NCBI GenBank assembly: GCA_027306785.1
Contig: DAHUZB010000025.1
Coordinates: forward strand, 3,783 to 67,782
DNA from: Vulcanimicrobiota bacterium
GTDB lineage: Bacteria > Vulcanimicrobiota > Vulcanimicrobiia > Vulcanimicrobiales > Vulcanimicrobiaceae
Length of the DNA: 64,000 nt
Direction: 5' to 3'
Made by a program: the position numbers and the translations under genes. The notes beneath the pieces were generated by a model. It searched no databases. It had not been told where the DNA came from and saw only the letters and a program-made list of their open reading frames with translations. Positions 12,879 to 21,626 of this stretch are shown one piece after another; position 1 is the first letter of the stretch, and each line of letters opens with the position of its first letter.

Positions 12879-13325
12879 TCAACGGGGCCCCCGACTCGCG
12901 TTGCGCTGGTAGAGCACCGCGTACAACGCTAGAGGGAGAAAGAATCCGGCATAGTACCACGCCATCGACCACCAGGGTCCCTTTGCGGCGAATGCCACCG
13001 GCACTATACCGAACAGGCCGATTCGCAAGAAACTACTTAAGACGAAGCCCGAGACGCGCCGGGAGTCGACCATCCGCTCCCCGCTGCGCATCGTGAGAAG
13101 CGCGTTGAGGATGCCTGCGAGCCCACCGACGATCAAGGCGAGGGACGGGACGGGGAGCCAACGCAGCGCGAGGAGACCGAGAACCGTGACGACCAGGAAC
13201 GTCCACACCGAGACCGATCGCTTCAGCGCGCGGTAGGTCGCGAGATCGACCGCCGCATCGGCGTCCGTGTAGGTACGAGCCGCCGGGCGCGTCTCCTCCC
13301 CCCACTCGTCGTCGTCCCAGCTCAT
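12879..13325 (-). CDS. atpI: ATP synthase protein I (AtpI-like membrane protein)
   Basis: The start is set at the internal MSWDDDEW (ATG complement 13323-13325), which gives an ATGA overlap with the upstream small gene. It has four hydrophobic segments and sits in the operon-leading position. Confidence 0.6.
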   Translation of the reverse strand: MSWDDDEWGEETRPAARTYTDADAAVDLATYRALKRSVSVWTFLVVTVLGLLALRWLPVPSLALIVGGLAGILNALLTMRSGERMVDSRRVSGFVLSSFLRIGLFGIVPVAFAAKGPWWSMAWYYAGFFLPLALYAVLYQRNASRGPR

Positions 13326-13510
13326 GCGTTCGATCGCATCAGAAGCCGCACGGCCGCATAGCCGCCGAGAAAGAGCCCGCCGAAGAGTCCACCGAGCACC
13401 CAAAGCTGCGCGCCCGTTCGGCCCGCAAGCCAAATTCCGAGCAGCAGCCCGGCAACGGCGGAGCCGGCAAAGGTACCGCCCGCGCCGATCACCGGGAGCA
13501 GCCCCTTCAT
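13322..13510 (-). CDS. AtpZ/AtpR-like small membrane protein
   Basis: 62 aa (MKGLLPVIGAGGTFAGSAVAGLLLGIWL..), Gly-rich two-TM protein. It has 4-nt overlaps with the wecB stop and the atpI start. Confidence 0.55.
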   Translation of the reverse strand: MKGLLPVIGAGGTFAGSAVAGLLLGIWLAGRTGAQLWVLGGLFGGLFLGGYAAVRLLMRSNA

Positions 13511-14685
13511 TGCGATGCGGTCGCCGCGGCGAAGGACTCGGGGTAGGCGCCGCCGCGCAAGCGGGCCAGCAGCCATTCCACGATGCGGGCGGCGGCCCGG
13601 CCATCGCCGTAGGGGTTGGCGGCGCGGGCCATGCGAGCGTACTCGGCCTCGTCGCGCAGCAGGCGAGCGGCCGCCGCCACGATCGTCGCGCGATCGTGAC
13701 CCACCAGGCGCAGCGTCCCGGCGGTGAGGCCCTCGGGGCGCTCGGTCTCTTCGCGCATCACGAGGACCGGCTTGCCCAGGCACGGCGCCTCTTCTTGGAT
13801 GCCGCCCGAATCGGTGAGCACGAAGGTGGCGGCTTTGACCGCGGCCACCATCTGCGCGTAATCGACCGGGTCGACGAGTACCACGCCCGGCACGTTGCCG
13901 AGGACGTCGTAGGCCACCGGCTTCACGTGGGGCGAGGGGTGGACCGGCCAGTAAATCTGCGGACGCTCGGGGAGCTCGGTGAGTTCACGCATGGCCTCGC
14001 ACATCTCGCGCATGTACGGATGGTTTTCGCGGCGGTGCGCGGTGACCACGACGAGCGGGCGGTGCGGATCGAGACGATCGAAGCCCGGGGGCGGCGGCAA
14101 ATCGCGGCGCTCGGCGGTGGCGAGGAAGGCGTCGATCACCGTGTTGCCGGTCACGATGATGTCGTCCGCCGCGACGTTCTCGCGCAGCAGGTGCTCGCGC
14201 GCGAGCTCCGTCGGCGAAAAATGATAGGCCGCGATCGTGCCGGTGAGCCGGCGGTTCATCTCCTCGGGGAACGGCAGCCAGCGATCGCTCGTGCGCAGAC
14301 CCGCTTCGACGTGTCCGACCGGCACGTGCTGGTAGAACGCCGCAAGCGCGGCCGAGCTGCTCGTCGTGGTGTCGCCGTGCACGAGCACCACATCGGGTTT
14401 CGCCTCTTTGAGTACCGGCTCCATACCGGTAAGCACCCGCGTCGTGATCTGCGTGAGCGTCTGATCCGGGGTCATGATGTCCAGATCGTAGTGCGGCTCG
14501 ATCGCGAAGAGCGAGAGCAGGTCGTCGAGCATCTGCCGATGCTGCGCGGTAACGCACACGATGCTCTCGATCGACGGATGCGCGCGTAGCGCCTCCACCA
14601 CGGGCGCCATCTTGATCGTGTCGGGGCGCGTGCCGAAGACGGTCATCACGCGCAATTTGCTATCGGTGCGGTCGCTCTTCATCAT
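13507..14685 (-). CDS. wecB: UDP-N-acetylglucosamine 2-epimerase (non-hydrolysing)
   Basis: VMTVFGTRPDTIKMAP and the conserved epimerase core. 392 aa. Confidence 0.9.
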   Translation of the reverse strand: MMKSDRTDSKLRVMTVFGTRPDTIKMAPVVEALRAHPSIESIVCVTAQHRQMLDDLLSLFAIEPHYDLDIMTPDQTLTQITTRVLTGMEPVLKEAKPDVVLVHGDTTTSSSAALAAFYQHVPVGHVEAGLRTSDRWLPFPEEMNRRLTGTIAAYHFSPTELAREHLLRENVAADDIIVTGNTVIDAFLATAERRDLPPPPGFDRLDPHRPLVVVTAHRRENHPYMREMCEAMRELTELPERPQIYWPVHPSPHVKPVAYDVLGNVPGVVLVDPVDYAQMVAAVKAATFVLTDSGGIQEEAPCLGKPVLVMREETERPEGLTAGTLRLVGHDRATIVAAAARLLRDEAEYARMARAANPYGDGRAAARIVEWLLARLRGGAYPESFAAATASQ

Positions 14686-15759
14686 TTATAATGCGTGCCT
14701 GAAGACGTGGGTGAACTCGCCGGAGAGCGCGAGTGCGACGATGCCGAGCGCGAAACAGACGGCGTAGATCAGCAACACCGCTTGCCGCACGTTCAACCCG
14801 AAGCGAAAGATCAGCTGATGGTGGAAGTGGCCGCGATCCGCCTCGGTGATGCGCTTGCCCGCGCTCGCTCGGCGCACGATCGCCGCCGCGGTGTCGAGCA
14901 GCGGCAGCGCGAGCACGACCACCGGCACCACGATCGAAATCGCGATCGCCGTTTTGCTCGCACCGATGATCGACACGGTCGCGAACACGTACCCGATGAA
15001 GAGCGAGCCCGCGTCGCCGAGAAAGATCTTGGCGGGATTGAAGTTGTACGGCAGAAAGCCGAGTGCCGCGCCCGCAAGGGCGATCACGACGAGCGCCACC
15101 ACGGGGCTCACGTGTACGACCGAGATGGCGAAGAGAAACAGGCTCGAGATCGCCGCAAAACCGGCGAGCAGGCCGTCGAGACCGTCGATGAAGTTGATCG
15201 CGTTCATCATCGCGACGTACCAGAAGAGCGTGAGCGGCACGCCGACCCACGGCGGGAAATCGATCCAGTTGTTCGCCGGATTGTGCACGAACGGGTTGGT
15301 GATCCCCGGGATGACGAATCCGTAAAACATCGAGACCAGCGCGACGACGATCTGCGCGATCATCTTGTTGCGCGGCCGCATCTGCATGATGTCGTCCCAG
15401 ATGCCGACGCCCAAGATCAACAAGCTGCCGAAGAGCAGCCCGACGAGTTTATGGATCGCATCGAACTGATCGGCCATCGCTTCGATCTTCTGATGCACGC
15501 CCATGTGCACGATCGAGGGAAAGAGCGCGTACGGCGAGGTGAGCGCGAAGCCGAGCACCACGAAAAGCGCGAACGCGAAGCCGAAGAACACCGCGATGCC
15601 GCCGGTACGCGGCGTGGGCGTTTGGTGCACGCGCCGTTCTTCACCGGTGCCGTCGATGATGTCGAGATGCGTGGCGAGGCGAATCACGAGCGGCGTCGCG
15701 AGCGCCGCCACCGCCGCAGCGATCGCGAACGTGGCGGCATAGATGACGAACGAACTCAA
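14686..15759 (-). CDS. wecA: Undecaprenyl-phosphate GlcNAc-1-phosphate transferase (MraY/WecA family)
   Basis: NAINFIDGLDGL motif in a polytopic membrane protein. I set the start at a TTG (complement 15757-15759) that forms a TTGA overlap with the comEB stop. The longer track ORF would overlap comEB. Confidence 0.75.
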   Translation of the reverse strand: MSSFVIYAATFAIAAAVAALATPLVIRLATHLDIIDGTGEERRVHQTPTPRTGGIAVFFGFAFALFVVLGFALTSPYALFPSIVHMGVHQKIEAMADQFDAIHKLVGLLFGSLLILGVGIWDDIMQMRPRNKMIAQIVVALVSMFYGFVIPGITNPFVHNPANNWIDFPPWVGVPLTLFWYVAMMNAINFIDGLDGLLAGFAAISSLFLFAISVVHVSPVVALVVIALAGAALGFLPYNFNPAKIFLGDAGSLFIGYVFATVSIIGASKTAIAISIVVPVVVLALPLLDTAAAIVRRASAGKRITEADRGHFHHQLIFRFGLNVRQAVLLIYAVCFALGIVALALSGEFTHVFRHAL

Positions 15760-16190
15760 CTGCGTCCCTCGATGGTCGTGAACGGCACCACGGCCACACC
15801 CGCCTCGGCGAGCAGCTCCGCGGCGATCGGATCGAGATACGCGACATCGTACACGATTTTCACAACGCCCGCGCTGATCAGCAGTTTCGAGCAATTCACG
15901 CACGGCTGGTGCGTGCAATAGGCGGTCGAACCGACCAGGCTTACGCCGTGCAGCGCGCCTTGCACGATCGCGTTCGCCTCGGCGTGCGTCGCGCGCATGC
16001 AGTGCTCGTTGACGAGCATGCAGCCGGCTTCGGTGCAGTGCGCCACGCCGCGCGGGGCGCCGTTGTAGCCGGTGGTGAGAATGCGATGATCGCGCACCAA
16101 GACGGCGCCGACCGAGAGACGCGGGCAGGTCGCGCGCGTCGCAACCGTGCGCGCGATCTGCATGAAGTACTCGTCCCAGCCGGGGCGCAT
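15756..16190 (-). CDS. comEB: dCMP deaminase (ComEB type)
   Basis: Zinc motifs HAEANAI and PCVNCSKLL. 144 aa. Confidence 0.88.
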   Translation of the reverse strand: MRPGWDEYFMQIARTVATRATCPRLSVGAVLVRDHRILTTGYNGAPRGVAHCTEAGCMLVNEHCMRATHAEANAIVQGALHGVSLVGSTAYCTHQPCVNCSKLLISAGVVKIVYDVAYLDPIAAELLAEAGVAVVPFTTIEGRS

Positions 16191-16200
16191 CGGTGCGATC

Positions 16201-16869
16201 CTAGCCTTGCGCGCGCACGCTGACGGGCACTGAGGTGACGCTTCCGAACATGCGATCCCCGGCGTCGCCGAGGCCCGGCACGATGTAAGCGTGGTCGTTC
16301 AAGCCTTCGTCGAGCGCGGCGGTGACGATCGGCACCTGCGGAAAGGCCGCCCGGATCGTGCGCACGCCCTCGGGCGCGGCGATCACGCAGACGAACACGA
16401 TGCTGCGCGCCCCGCGTTCGATCAACGTCTCGATCGCGGCCACGCCGGAGTTGCCGGTCGCGAGCATCGGGTCGAGCACGAACACGTGGCGATCCGCAAG
16501 CTCGCTCGGCACGTTCGCATAGTACGGCACCGGCTTGAGCGATTCGGGATCGCGGTAGAAGCCGAGGTGCGCCACCACCGCATCGTCGATCACGCTCAAG
16601 AATCCGGGCAAGAGCCCGAGTCCCGCCCGCAGCACCGGCGCCACCACCGGGCGCGTGGCAATGCGCTTGACCGTCGTGTCGATCAGCGGGGTCGTGATGC
16701 GCACGTCGTGCATCGGCAGCGCGCGCGTCGCCTCGTAGGCGAGAAACGTTCCGAGCTCCTCGATGAGCGCGCGAAAGACCGGGGTCGTCGTATCGCGGTC
16801 GCGCAGCCGCGCGAGGCGGTCGGCGACCGCGGGATGATCGACGACGTGAAGGCCGGGGAACTCAGACAT
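16201..16869 (-). CDS. upp: Uracil phosphoribosyltransferase
   Basis: PRPP motif VLDPMLATGNS and the C-terminal YIVPGLGDAGDR. Confidence 0.92.
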   Translation of the reverse strand: MSEFPGLHVVDHPAVADRLARLRDRDTTTPVFRALIEELGTFLAYEATRALPMHDVRITTPLIDTTVKRIATRPVVAPVLRAGLGLLPGFLSVIDDAVVAHLGFYRDPESLKPVPYYANVPSELADRHVFVLDPMLATGNSGVAAIETLIERGARSIVFVCVIAAPEGVRTIRAAFPQVPIVTAALDEGLNDHAYIVPGLGDAGDRMFGSVTSVPVSVRAQG

Positions 16870-16908
16870 GCGGCTTCGTTTCGAGCGGGTCGGTCGTCGC
16901 CCTGCGCA

Positions 16909-17580
16909 TCACCGATGCGAGAGTTCGAGGTCGCGAAGCACGGTCTCGAGTTCGAGCAGCGTCTCGATTTTGCGCTCGGGTTTGAACGTGAGGCTGCGGC
17001 GGCGTGCGACCCAGAGCGTCTGAAAGCCCGCCTGGCGCGCGCCGGTGCAATCCCAATCGTTTCCGGAAACGAAGAGCACCTCCGCGGGTTCGACCCCGAG
17101 CGCCGCCACCTGGTGGTAGACGACCGGTTTCGGCTTGTACGATTTCACCGTATCGGCCGAGATCACGTGCTTGACGTGCGATGCCAGTCCCGCGTGGACG
17201 AGCGCGTTGCGCGCGGTCGAGGCGACGGCGTTCGTCAATACGATCGGCGAGAGCCAGCGCCGTTCAGCCGCTTCGAACCCGGCCCGGGCATCGGGGAACG
17301 CGGGCAGCTGCGCCCAAGCATCGATCAGACGCTTGAGGTCTTCCGGGCTCGGCTTCATGTGAAAGCGCGGTGCGATCTCGGTGAGCGCTTGCAGCGTGAC
17401 GCGATCGAAATCCACGTAGCGACCCGGCATCGCCGCGGCGTTGCAGAGCTGGAGTTGCCGTTGGCGCCACGCATCGAGCGCCGCTTCGGGCATCGGCGAG
17501 TAGGCGCGCAACGTCTCCACGAGCGCGCCGTAATCGAGCACCGTGCCGTAGAGATCGAACGCGATGAGCCGAATCGCCAT
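16909..17580 (-). CDS. HAD-superfamily hydrolase (haloacid dehalogenase type II-like)
   Basis: N-terminal IAFDLYGTV motif, K..KP.. motif and C-terminal SGNDWD. Confidence 0.8.
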   Translation of the reverse strand: MAIRLIAFDLYGTVLDYGALVETLRAYSPMPEAALDAWRQRQLQLCNAAAMPGRYVDFDRVTLQALTEIAPRFHMKPSPEDLKRLIDAWAQLPAFPDARAGFEAAERRWLSPIVLTNAVASTARNALVHAGLASHVKHVISADTVKSYKPKPVVYHQVAALGVEPAEVLFVSGNDWDCTGARQAGFQTLWVARRRSLTFKPERKIETLLELETVLRDLELSHR

Positions 17581-17584
17581 GCGC

Positions 17585-18832
17585 TTACGGCACGTCGAAG
17601 CGGCCGGTGAGTTCGTGCACGCGGCCGCGCAGCGCGTCGATGCGCGCGCGCGCTTCGGTATCGCCGAGCGCGTCGACGATGATGCGAGCGACCTCGCGGC
17701 ACTCGTCGACGCCGAGACCGCGCGAGGTGATCGCGGGCGTGCCGATGCGAATGCCGCTCGTCACCATCGGTTTCTGCTGATCGAACGGGATCGCGTTCTT
17801 GTTCACCGTGATGCCGATCTCGTCGAGATAGTGCTCCACGGCCTTACCGGTGAGGCCTTTGACGCTGACGTCGACGAGCATCAGGTGCGTGTCGGTGCCG
17901 CCCGCGACCAACCGCAAACCCGCCCGCATGAACTCGTCGGCCATCGCCTTCGCGTTGTCGATGACCTGTTGCTGATAGGCCTTGAACGAGGGCTGCAGCG
18001 CTTCGCCGAAGGCGACCGCCTTGGCCGCGATCGTATGCATCAGCGGGCCGCCCTGAATGCCCGGAAAGACGCTCTTGTCGACCGCCTGCGCGTGCTGCGA
18101 CGTGCAGAGAATGATGCCGCCGCGCGGTCCGCGCAGCGTCTTGTGCGTGGTCGAGGTGACGAAATCCGCGAACGGCACGGGCGAAGGATGCAGTCCCACC
18201 GCCACGAGCCCCGCGATGTGCGCCATATCGACGAGCAGCGTCGCCCCGATTTCGTCGGCGATCTCGCGGAAGGGCGCGTAATCCATCGTACGCGGATACG
18301 CGCTCGCGCCCGCGATGATCATCTTCGGTTTGTGCTCGCGAGCGAGCGCGCGCATCTCGTCGTAATCGATCAGCTCGGTATCTTTGCGCACGCTGTAGGC
18401 GAGCGCGTTGTAGAGCTTGCCGCTGAAGCTGACCTTGGTGCCGTGCGTGAGGTGTCCGCCGTGCGCGAGCGACATGCCGAGCACCGTGTCGCCCGGCTGC
18501 AGCATCGCCATGAACACGGCCATATTCGCCTGCGCGCCCGCGTGCGGCTGCACGTTGGCGTGCTCGGCGCCGAAGAGCTTCTTCAAGCGCTCGATCGCGA
18601 GCGTTTCCGCGACGTCGACGTATTCGCAGCCGCCGTAATAGCGTTTGCCCGGATAACCCTCGGCGTACTTGTTGGTCATCACGCAGGCCATCGCTTCGCG
18701 CACGGCGCGGCTCGCGTAATTCTCCGATGCGATCAGCTCGAGGTTTTCGCGCTGACGACGCTCTTCGTTTTTGATGGACGCGAAGAGTTCGGGATCCTGG
18801 GCTTCGATCTGCGAGGTGGTCAACGTCTCCAT
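17585..18832 (-). CDS. glyA: Serine hydroxymethyltransferase
   Basis: PLP-lysine motif [14 protein letters not shown]. Conserved throughout. Confidence 0.96.
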   Translation of the reverse strand: METLTTSQIEAQDPELFASIKNEERRQRENLELIASENYASRAVREAMACVMTNKYAEGYPGKRYYGGCEYVDVAETLAIERLKKLFGAEHANVQPHAGAQANMAVFMAMLQPGDTVLGMSLAHGGHLTHGTKVSFSGKLYNALAYSVRKDTELIDYDEMRALAREHKPKMIIAGASAYPRTMDYAPFREIADEIGATLLVDMAHIAGLVAVGLHPSPVPFADFVTSTTHKTLRGPRGGIILCTSQHAQAVDKSVFPGIQGGPLMHTIAAKAVAFGEALQPSFKAYQQQVIDNAKAMADEFMRAGLRLVAGGTDTHLMLVDVSVKGLTGKAVEHYLDEIGITVNKNAIPFDQQKPMVTSGIRIGTPAITSRGLGVDECREVARIIVDALGDTEARARIDALRGRVHELTGRFDVP

Positions 18833-18883
18833 AGCCCTCGTTACGTTCGCCCGGGTCGGCGGAACGCCCCCCGCCGGCGCGGG

Positions 18884-19327
18884 CTATGCGGCGACGCGAA
18901 AGGTTGCGACGAAAGTACGAACGAGCATGGCGACCGCATAGATACCGGTGATGATGCTCGCGATTGCGCCGAAAGCGGCGACACCGCTTGCCGACGCGTG
19001 GGCGAGCGCCGCGATGCCGAGCAATCCGGCCGTCACCACGGCGGCTTCGACGGCGCCGGGCACGCGCGGTCTCGTTGCGAAGCTCAACGCAACGAACGCG
19101 CCCGCGACGATCGCGAACCACGCTTCGAAGAGGAAGAACCCGGCGAAAAACGGGCCGCCTAGCGCGACGACGCGGCACATCTCCGAACCGAGCACGAGCA
19201 GCATGAACGTCCAACTCGAGATGGACTTCTGCGAAAATCGATCTCGGATCGCGGCGATCAGCCACGGCACGAACGCAATCCATCCGAGGACCTGCGCGGC
19301 CGCGATCGCCGCATCGATCGGGGACAT
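18884..19327 (-). CDS. Hypothetical polytopic membrane protein
   Basis: 147 aa with 4-5 hydrophobic segments. I do not recognise a family. It is co-oriented and tightly spaced between rpiB and glyA. Confidence 0.5.
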   Translation of the reverse strand: MSPIDAAIAAAQVLGWIAFVPWLIAAIRDRFSQKSISSWTFMLLVLGSEMCRVVALGGPFFAGFFLFEAWFAIVAGAFVALSFATRPRVPGAVEAAVVTAGLLGIAALAHASASGVAAFGAIASIITGIYAVAMLVRTFVATFRVAA

Positions 19328-19331
19328 CGCC

Positions 19332-19859
19332 TTAGAGCAGATCCTTCGGCGTCACCGCGTCGGTGACGCTGCCGGCTTCGATCGCTTTGAGCGTGCGCGC
19401 ACGCTGCGCGTCGCCGAATTCGAAGAGCTGCTCCACGCGATGGAGATGGCGCGCACCGCTCGGCACATCGCCGTCGAAGGGCGTATGCATGAAGATGTCG
19501 ACCAAGCGCTCCGTCATCTCCCACCCGGTCAGGCGTTCGGAGAGCGCGAGCACGTTCGCGTCGTTGTGGCGGCGTGCGAGCTCGCAGGTGAGCGGCTCGA
19601 AGACGACCGCGGCGCGCACGCCGGGCACCTTGTTGGCCGCGATCGAGATGCCGATCGACGAGCCGCAGATCACGATACCGCGATCGGCCTGACCGCTCGC
19701 CACCGCTTCGCCCACCGCGTAGCCGAATTGCGGATAATCGACCGGCGTCGCGTCGTTCGTGCCGTAGTCGAGCACGGTGTGTCCGCTCTCGCGCAGCATC
19801 TGCGCGATGCGATGTTTGTACTCGAATCCGGCGTGATCCGCGCCGAGGGCAATCTTCAT
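19332..19859 (-). CDS. rpiB: Ribose-5-phosphate isomerase B
   Basis: The conserved sequence starts at MKIALGADHAGFEYK (ATG complement 19857-19859). It contains the motif IVICGSSIGISIAANK. Confidence 0.88.
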   Translation of the reverse strand: MKIALGADHAGFEYKHRIAQMLRESGHTVLDYGTNDATPVDYPQFGYAVGEAVASGQADRGIVICGSSIGISIAANKVPGVRAAVVFEPLTCELARRHNDANVLALSERLTGWEMTERLVDIFMHTPFDGDVPSGARHLHRVEQLFEFGDAQRARTLKAIEAGSVTDAVTPKDLL

Positions 19860-19902
19860 GAGCGAAGGGCTCTCCGTCGAAGGCATCAAAGGTCGGACGC
19901 CC

Positions 19903-20613
19903 ATGAAGTTCGCTTGTACGAGCGGTGCATTCGCGCACGCGTTCGATCGCGGAGACCTCACCCAACTCGAATTTCTCGACCTCGCGGCGCGAGAACTCGC
20001 GTGTGACGGCGTCGTGCTGGACGTGCGCCACTTTCCGCGCACCGACGACGACTACCTCGCCCAGGTTCGCAAGATGGCGACCGATCTCGGCCTCTGCATC
20101 GCGGCGATCGCGGCCGACCGCGCCTTCACCGGCGACGCGGCCGAACGGCACGAGGCGCTGCGCATCGCCCGCGCGCTCGGCGCTCCGCTCCTCGCGGGGC
20201 GCCTGGCGGCGGAGACGGCTTGCACCTGGAACGAGCAGTTGGAGCGCCTCAACGAGGCGACGGGCGAGGCGAAAGCGAGCAACGTCACGCTCGCGCTGCG
20301 CAACGCGCCCGGCACCTTCGCCGCGAGCACGCACGACTGCAAGCGCGTCTCCAAAGAGAGCGACTCGGCGTGGCTGCGCTACGGACTCGATCCGCTCGCG
20401 CTCGACGCCGGAAGCGACATCGAGGGACTGCGCGGGAAGACCGTGCTCATCTTCTGGAACGACGCGGCCGCACCGGACGCGGCGGCGTGGGCCGATTTCC
20501 GCGGCTTCGTCGCGCTCGACCGAGCGGCGGGCGACGCGAACCGGGAAGAGATGCAGCGAGCGATGCGCGGGTGGCGCATCGCTCGAGCGAATCTAGAACT
20601 CAACCGCACGTAG
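19903..20613 (+). CDS. Sugar phosphate isomerase/epimerase-like (xylose isomerase-like TIM barrel)
   Basis: MKFACTSGAF.. and the weak overall pattern fit an AP-endonuclease-2/TIM-barrel family. The start is set at the ATG at 19903, because the track start at 19858 would overlap the divergent rpiB start. Confidence 0.55.
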   Translation: MKFACTSGAFAHAFDRGDLTQLEFLDLAARELACDGVVLDVRHFPRTDDDYLAQVRKMATDLGLCIAAIAADRAFTGDAAERHEALRIARALGAPLLAGRLAAETACTWNEQLERLNEATGEAKASNVTLALRNAPGTFAASTHDCKRVSKESDSAWLRYGLDPLALDAGSDIEGLRGKTVLIFWNDAAAPDAAAWADFRGFVALDRAAGDANREEMQRAMRGWRIARANLELNRT

Positions 20614-20830
20614 CGTCTGCCATGCGAGGTAACTGAACCTGCGTTCTCGCAGGTGGGTGCGGCCCGGGCGCAGAGACGGCAGTCCATCGACCAGTGTCGA
20701 GTCGGACCAAGCCGCCCCGTCGTATCCGGAGCTTGTGCTCCCTAGGTGATATAAGTCGGTTCGGCACCTATAACATGGTGCGCGCTAGGCGCAGTCGAGC
20801 CTTACTACCGTACCACCGCCGGTCAAGGGC

Positions 20831-20859
20831 TTGACACGACCTCGACTGCTCGCTTTGAT
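20831..20859 (+). promoter_or_regulatory. Putative sigma70-type promoter giving a leaderless or near-leaderless mRNA
   Basis: TTGACA (20831-20836), a 17-nt spacer, then TTTGAT (20854-20859). Only 8 nt separate the -10 element from the ATG at 20868, and there is no Shine-Dalgarno sequence. Confidence 0.4.
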
Positions 20860-20867
20860 GAAGAGCA

Positions 20868-21125
20868 ATGGAGCACCGCTTCACGGCGCGTCTGCGCGGG
20901 TTGGACCGAGCGAGCGCCGCGTACGTCGAGGTGCCGCGTTTCGTCATGCGCGCGCTGCCGTGGGGCCGCTACGTGCGGGTCGTCGCGCGGATCAATGACG
21001 TCTTCGATCTACCCGCGACGATCATGAACGTCGGCTTCGGGCCGAGCTTCCTCGTGCCGCCCCATGCGATCGAAGCCTGCGGCGCGGCGCTGAACGCGCC
21101 CGTCTCCATCGCGATCCGGGCTTGA
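20868..21125 (+). CDS. Small DUF1905-like protein
   Basis: 85 aa. The pattern ..AYVEVPRFVMRAL..RVVARINDV..ATIMNVGFGPSFLV..APVSIAI resembles the DUF1905 beta-barrel pattern, as I remember it. Confidence 0.45.
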   Translation: MEHRFTARLRGLDRASAAYVEVPRFVMRALPWGRYVRVVARINDVFDLPATIMNVGFGPSFLVPPHAIEACGAALNAPVSIAIRA

Positions 21126-21158
21126 CGCTCGGGCGCCCGTGCGTGATGGCACGGCGCC

Positions 21159-21626
21159 ATGTCCACCATCCGACACGGAACGCTCGCCGTTCCCGCCGCG
21201 GCCGACGCGCTCTACGCGAGCGCCAAGCGCTATCTCTCGCGCGATCACGTCGAACGCGCGCTCTTTCACGAACTCGAACACGCGCGTGACGGGCGCCGCT
21301 TTCACCTGACGATCAATCACCGCGACGACGATCACTTCGATCCGAACACGAATACGATCGCATGGGATCCGTATAGCGCGCTGCGCACCACGCGCGGCGG
21401 ACGCCAATCACCCGCGCTCGGCCTCGGTCATGAAGTCGATCACGCCGTGGAGAAGCTCGGCGCCGCCGATCGTCTGCGCGATCGTGCCGACGCCCGCTAC
21501 GACACGGCCGAAGAGCGCCGCGTGATCCTCGGCAGCGAGGCGCACGCCGCGCGTACGCTCGGCGAGAGCATCCGACACGATCACGCGGGCACGTGCTATC
21601 GCGTCGCATCGCCGACGCTGCGTTAG
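21159..21626 (+). CDS. Small putative zinc metallopeptidase with two HExxH motifs
   Basis: 155 aa with no signal peptide. The motifs are HELEH (aa 37-41) and HEVDH (aa 91-95), the latter in the context WDPYSAL..SPALGLGHEVDHA, followed by ..AEERRVILGSE... Confidence 0.5.
   Translation: MSTIRHGTLAVPAAADALYASAKRYLSRDHVERALFHELEHARDGRRFHLTINHRDDDHFDPNTNTIAWDPYSALRTTRGGRQSPALGLGHEVDHAVEKLGAADRLRDRADARYDTAEERRVILGSEAHAARTLGESIRHDHAGTCYRVASPTLR

Noticed and set aside
20614-20867. Whether the large intergenic gap encodes a tRNA, tmRNA, SRP RNA or RNase P RNA.
   Set aside because: I found no T-loop (GGTTCGAATCC-like) or acceptor or CCA features. There is no tag-peptide-like reading frame and no SRP GGAA/AGCA domain IV motif. 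The region is too short for RNase P. A small unclassified ncRNA cannot be excluded, so it is kept only as a low-key finding.
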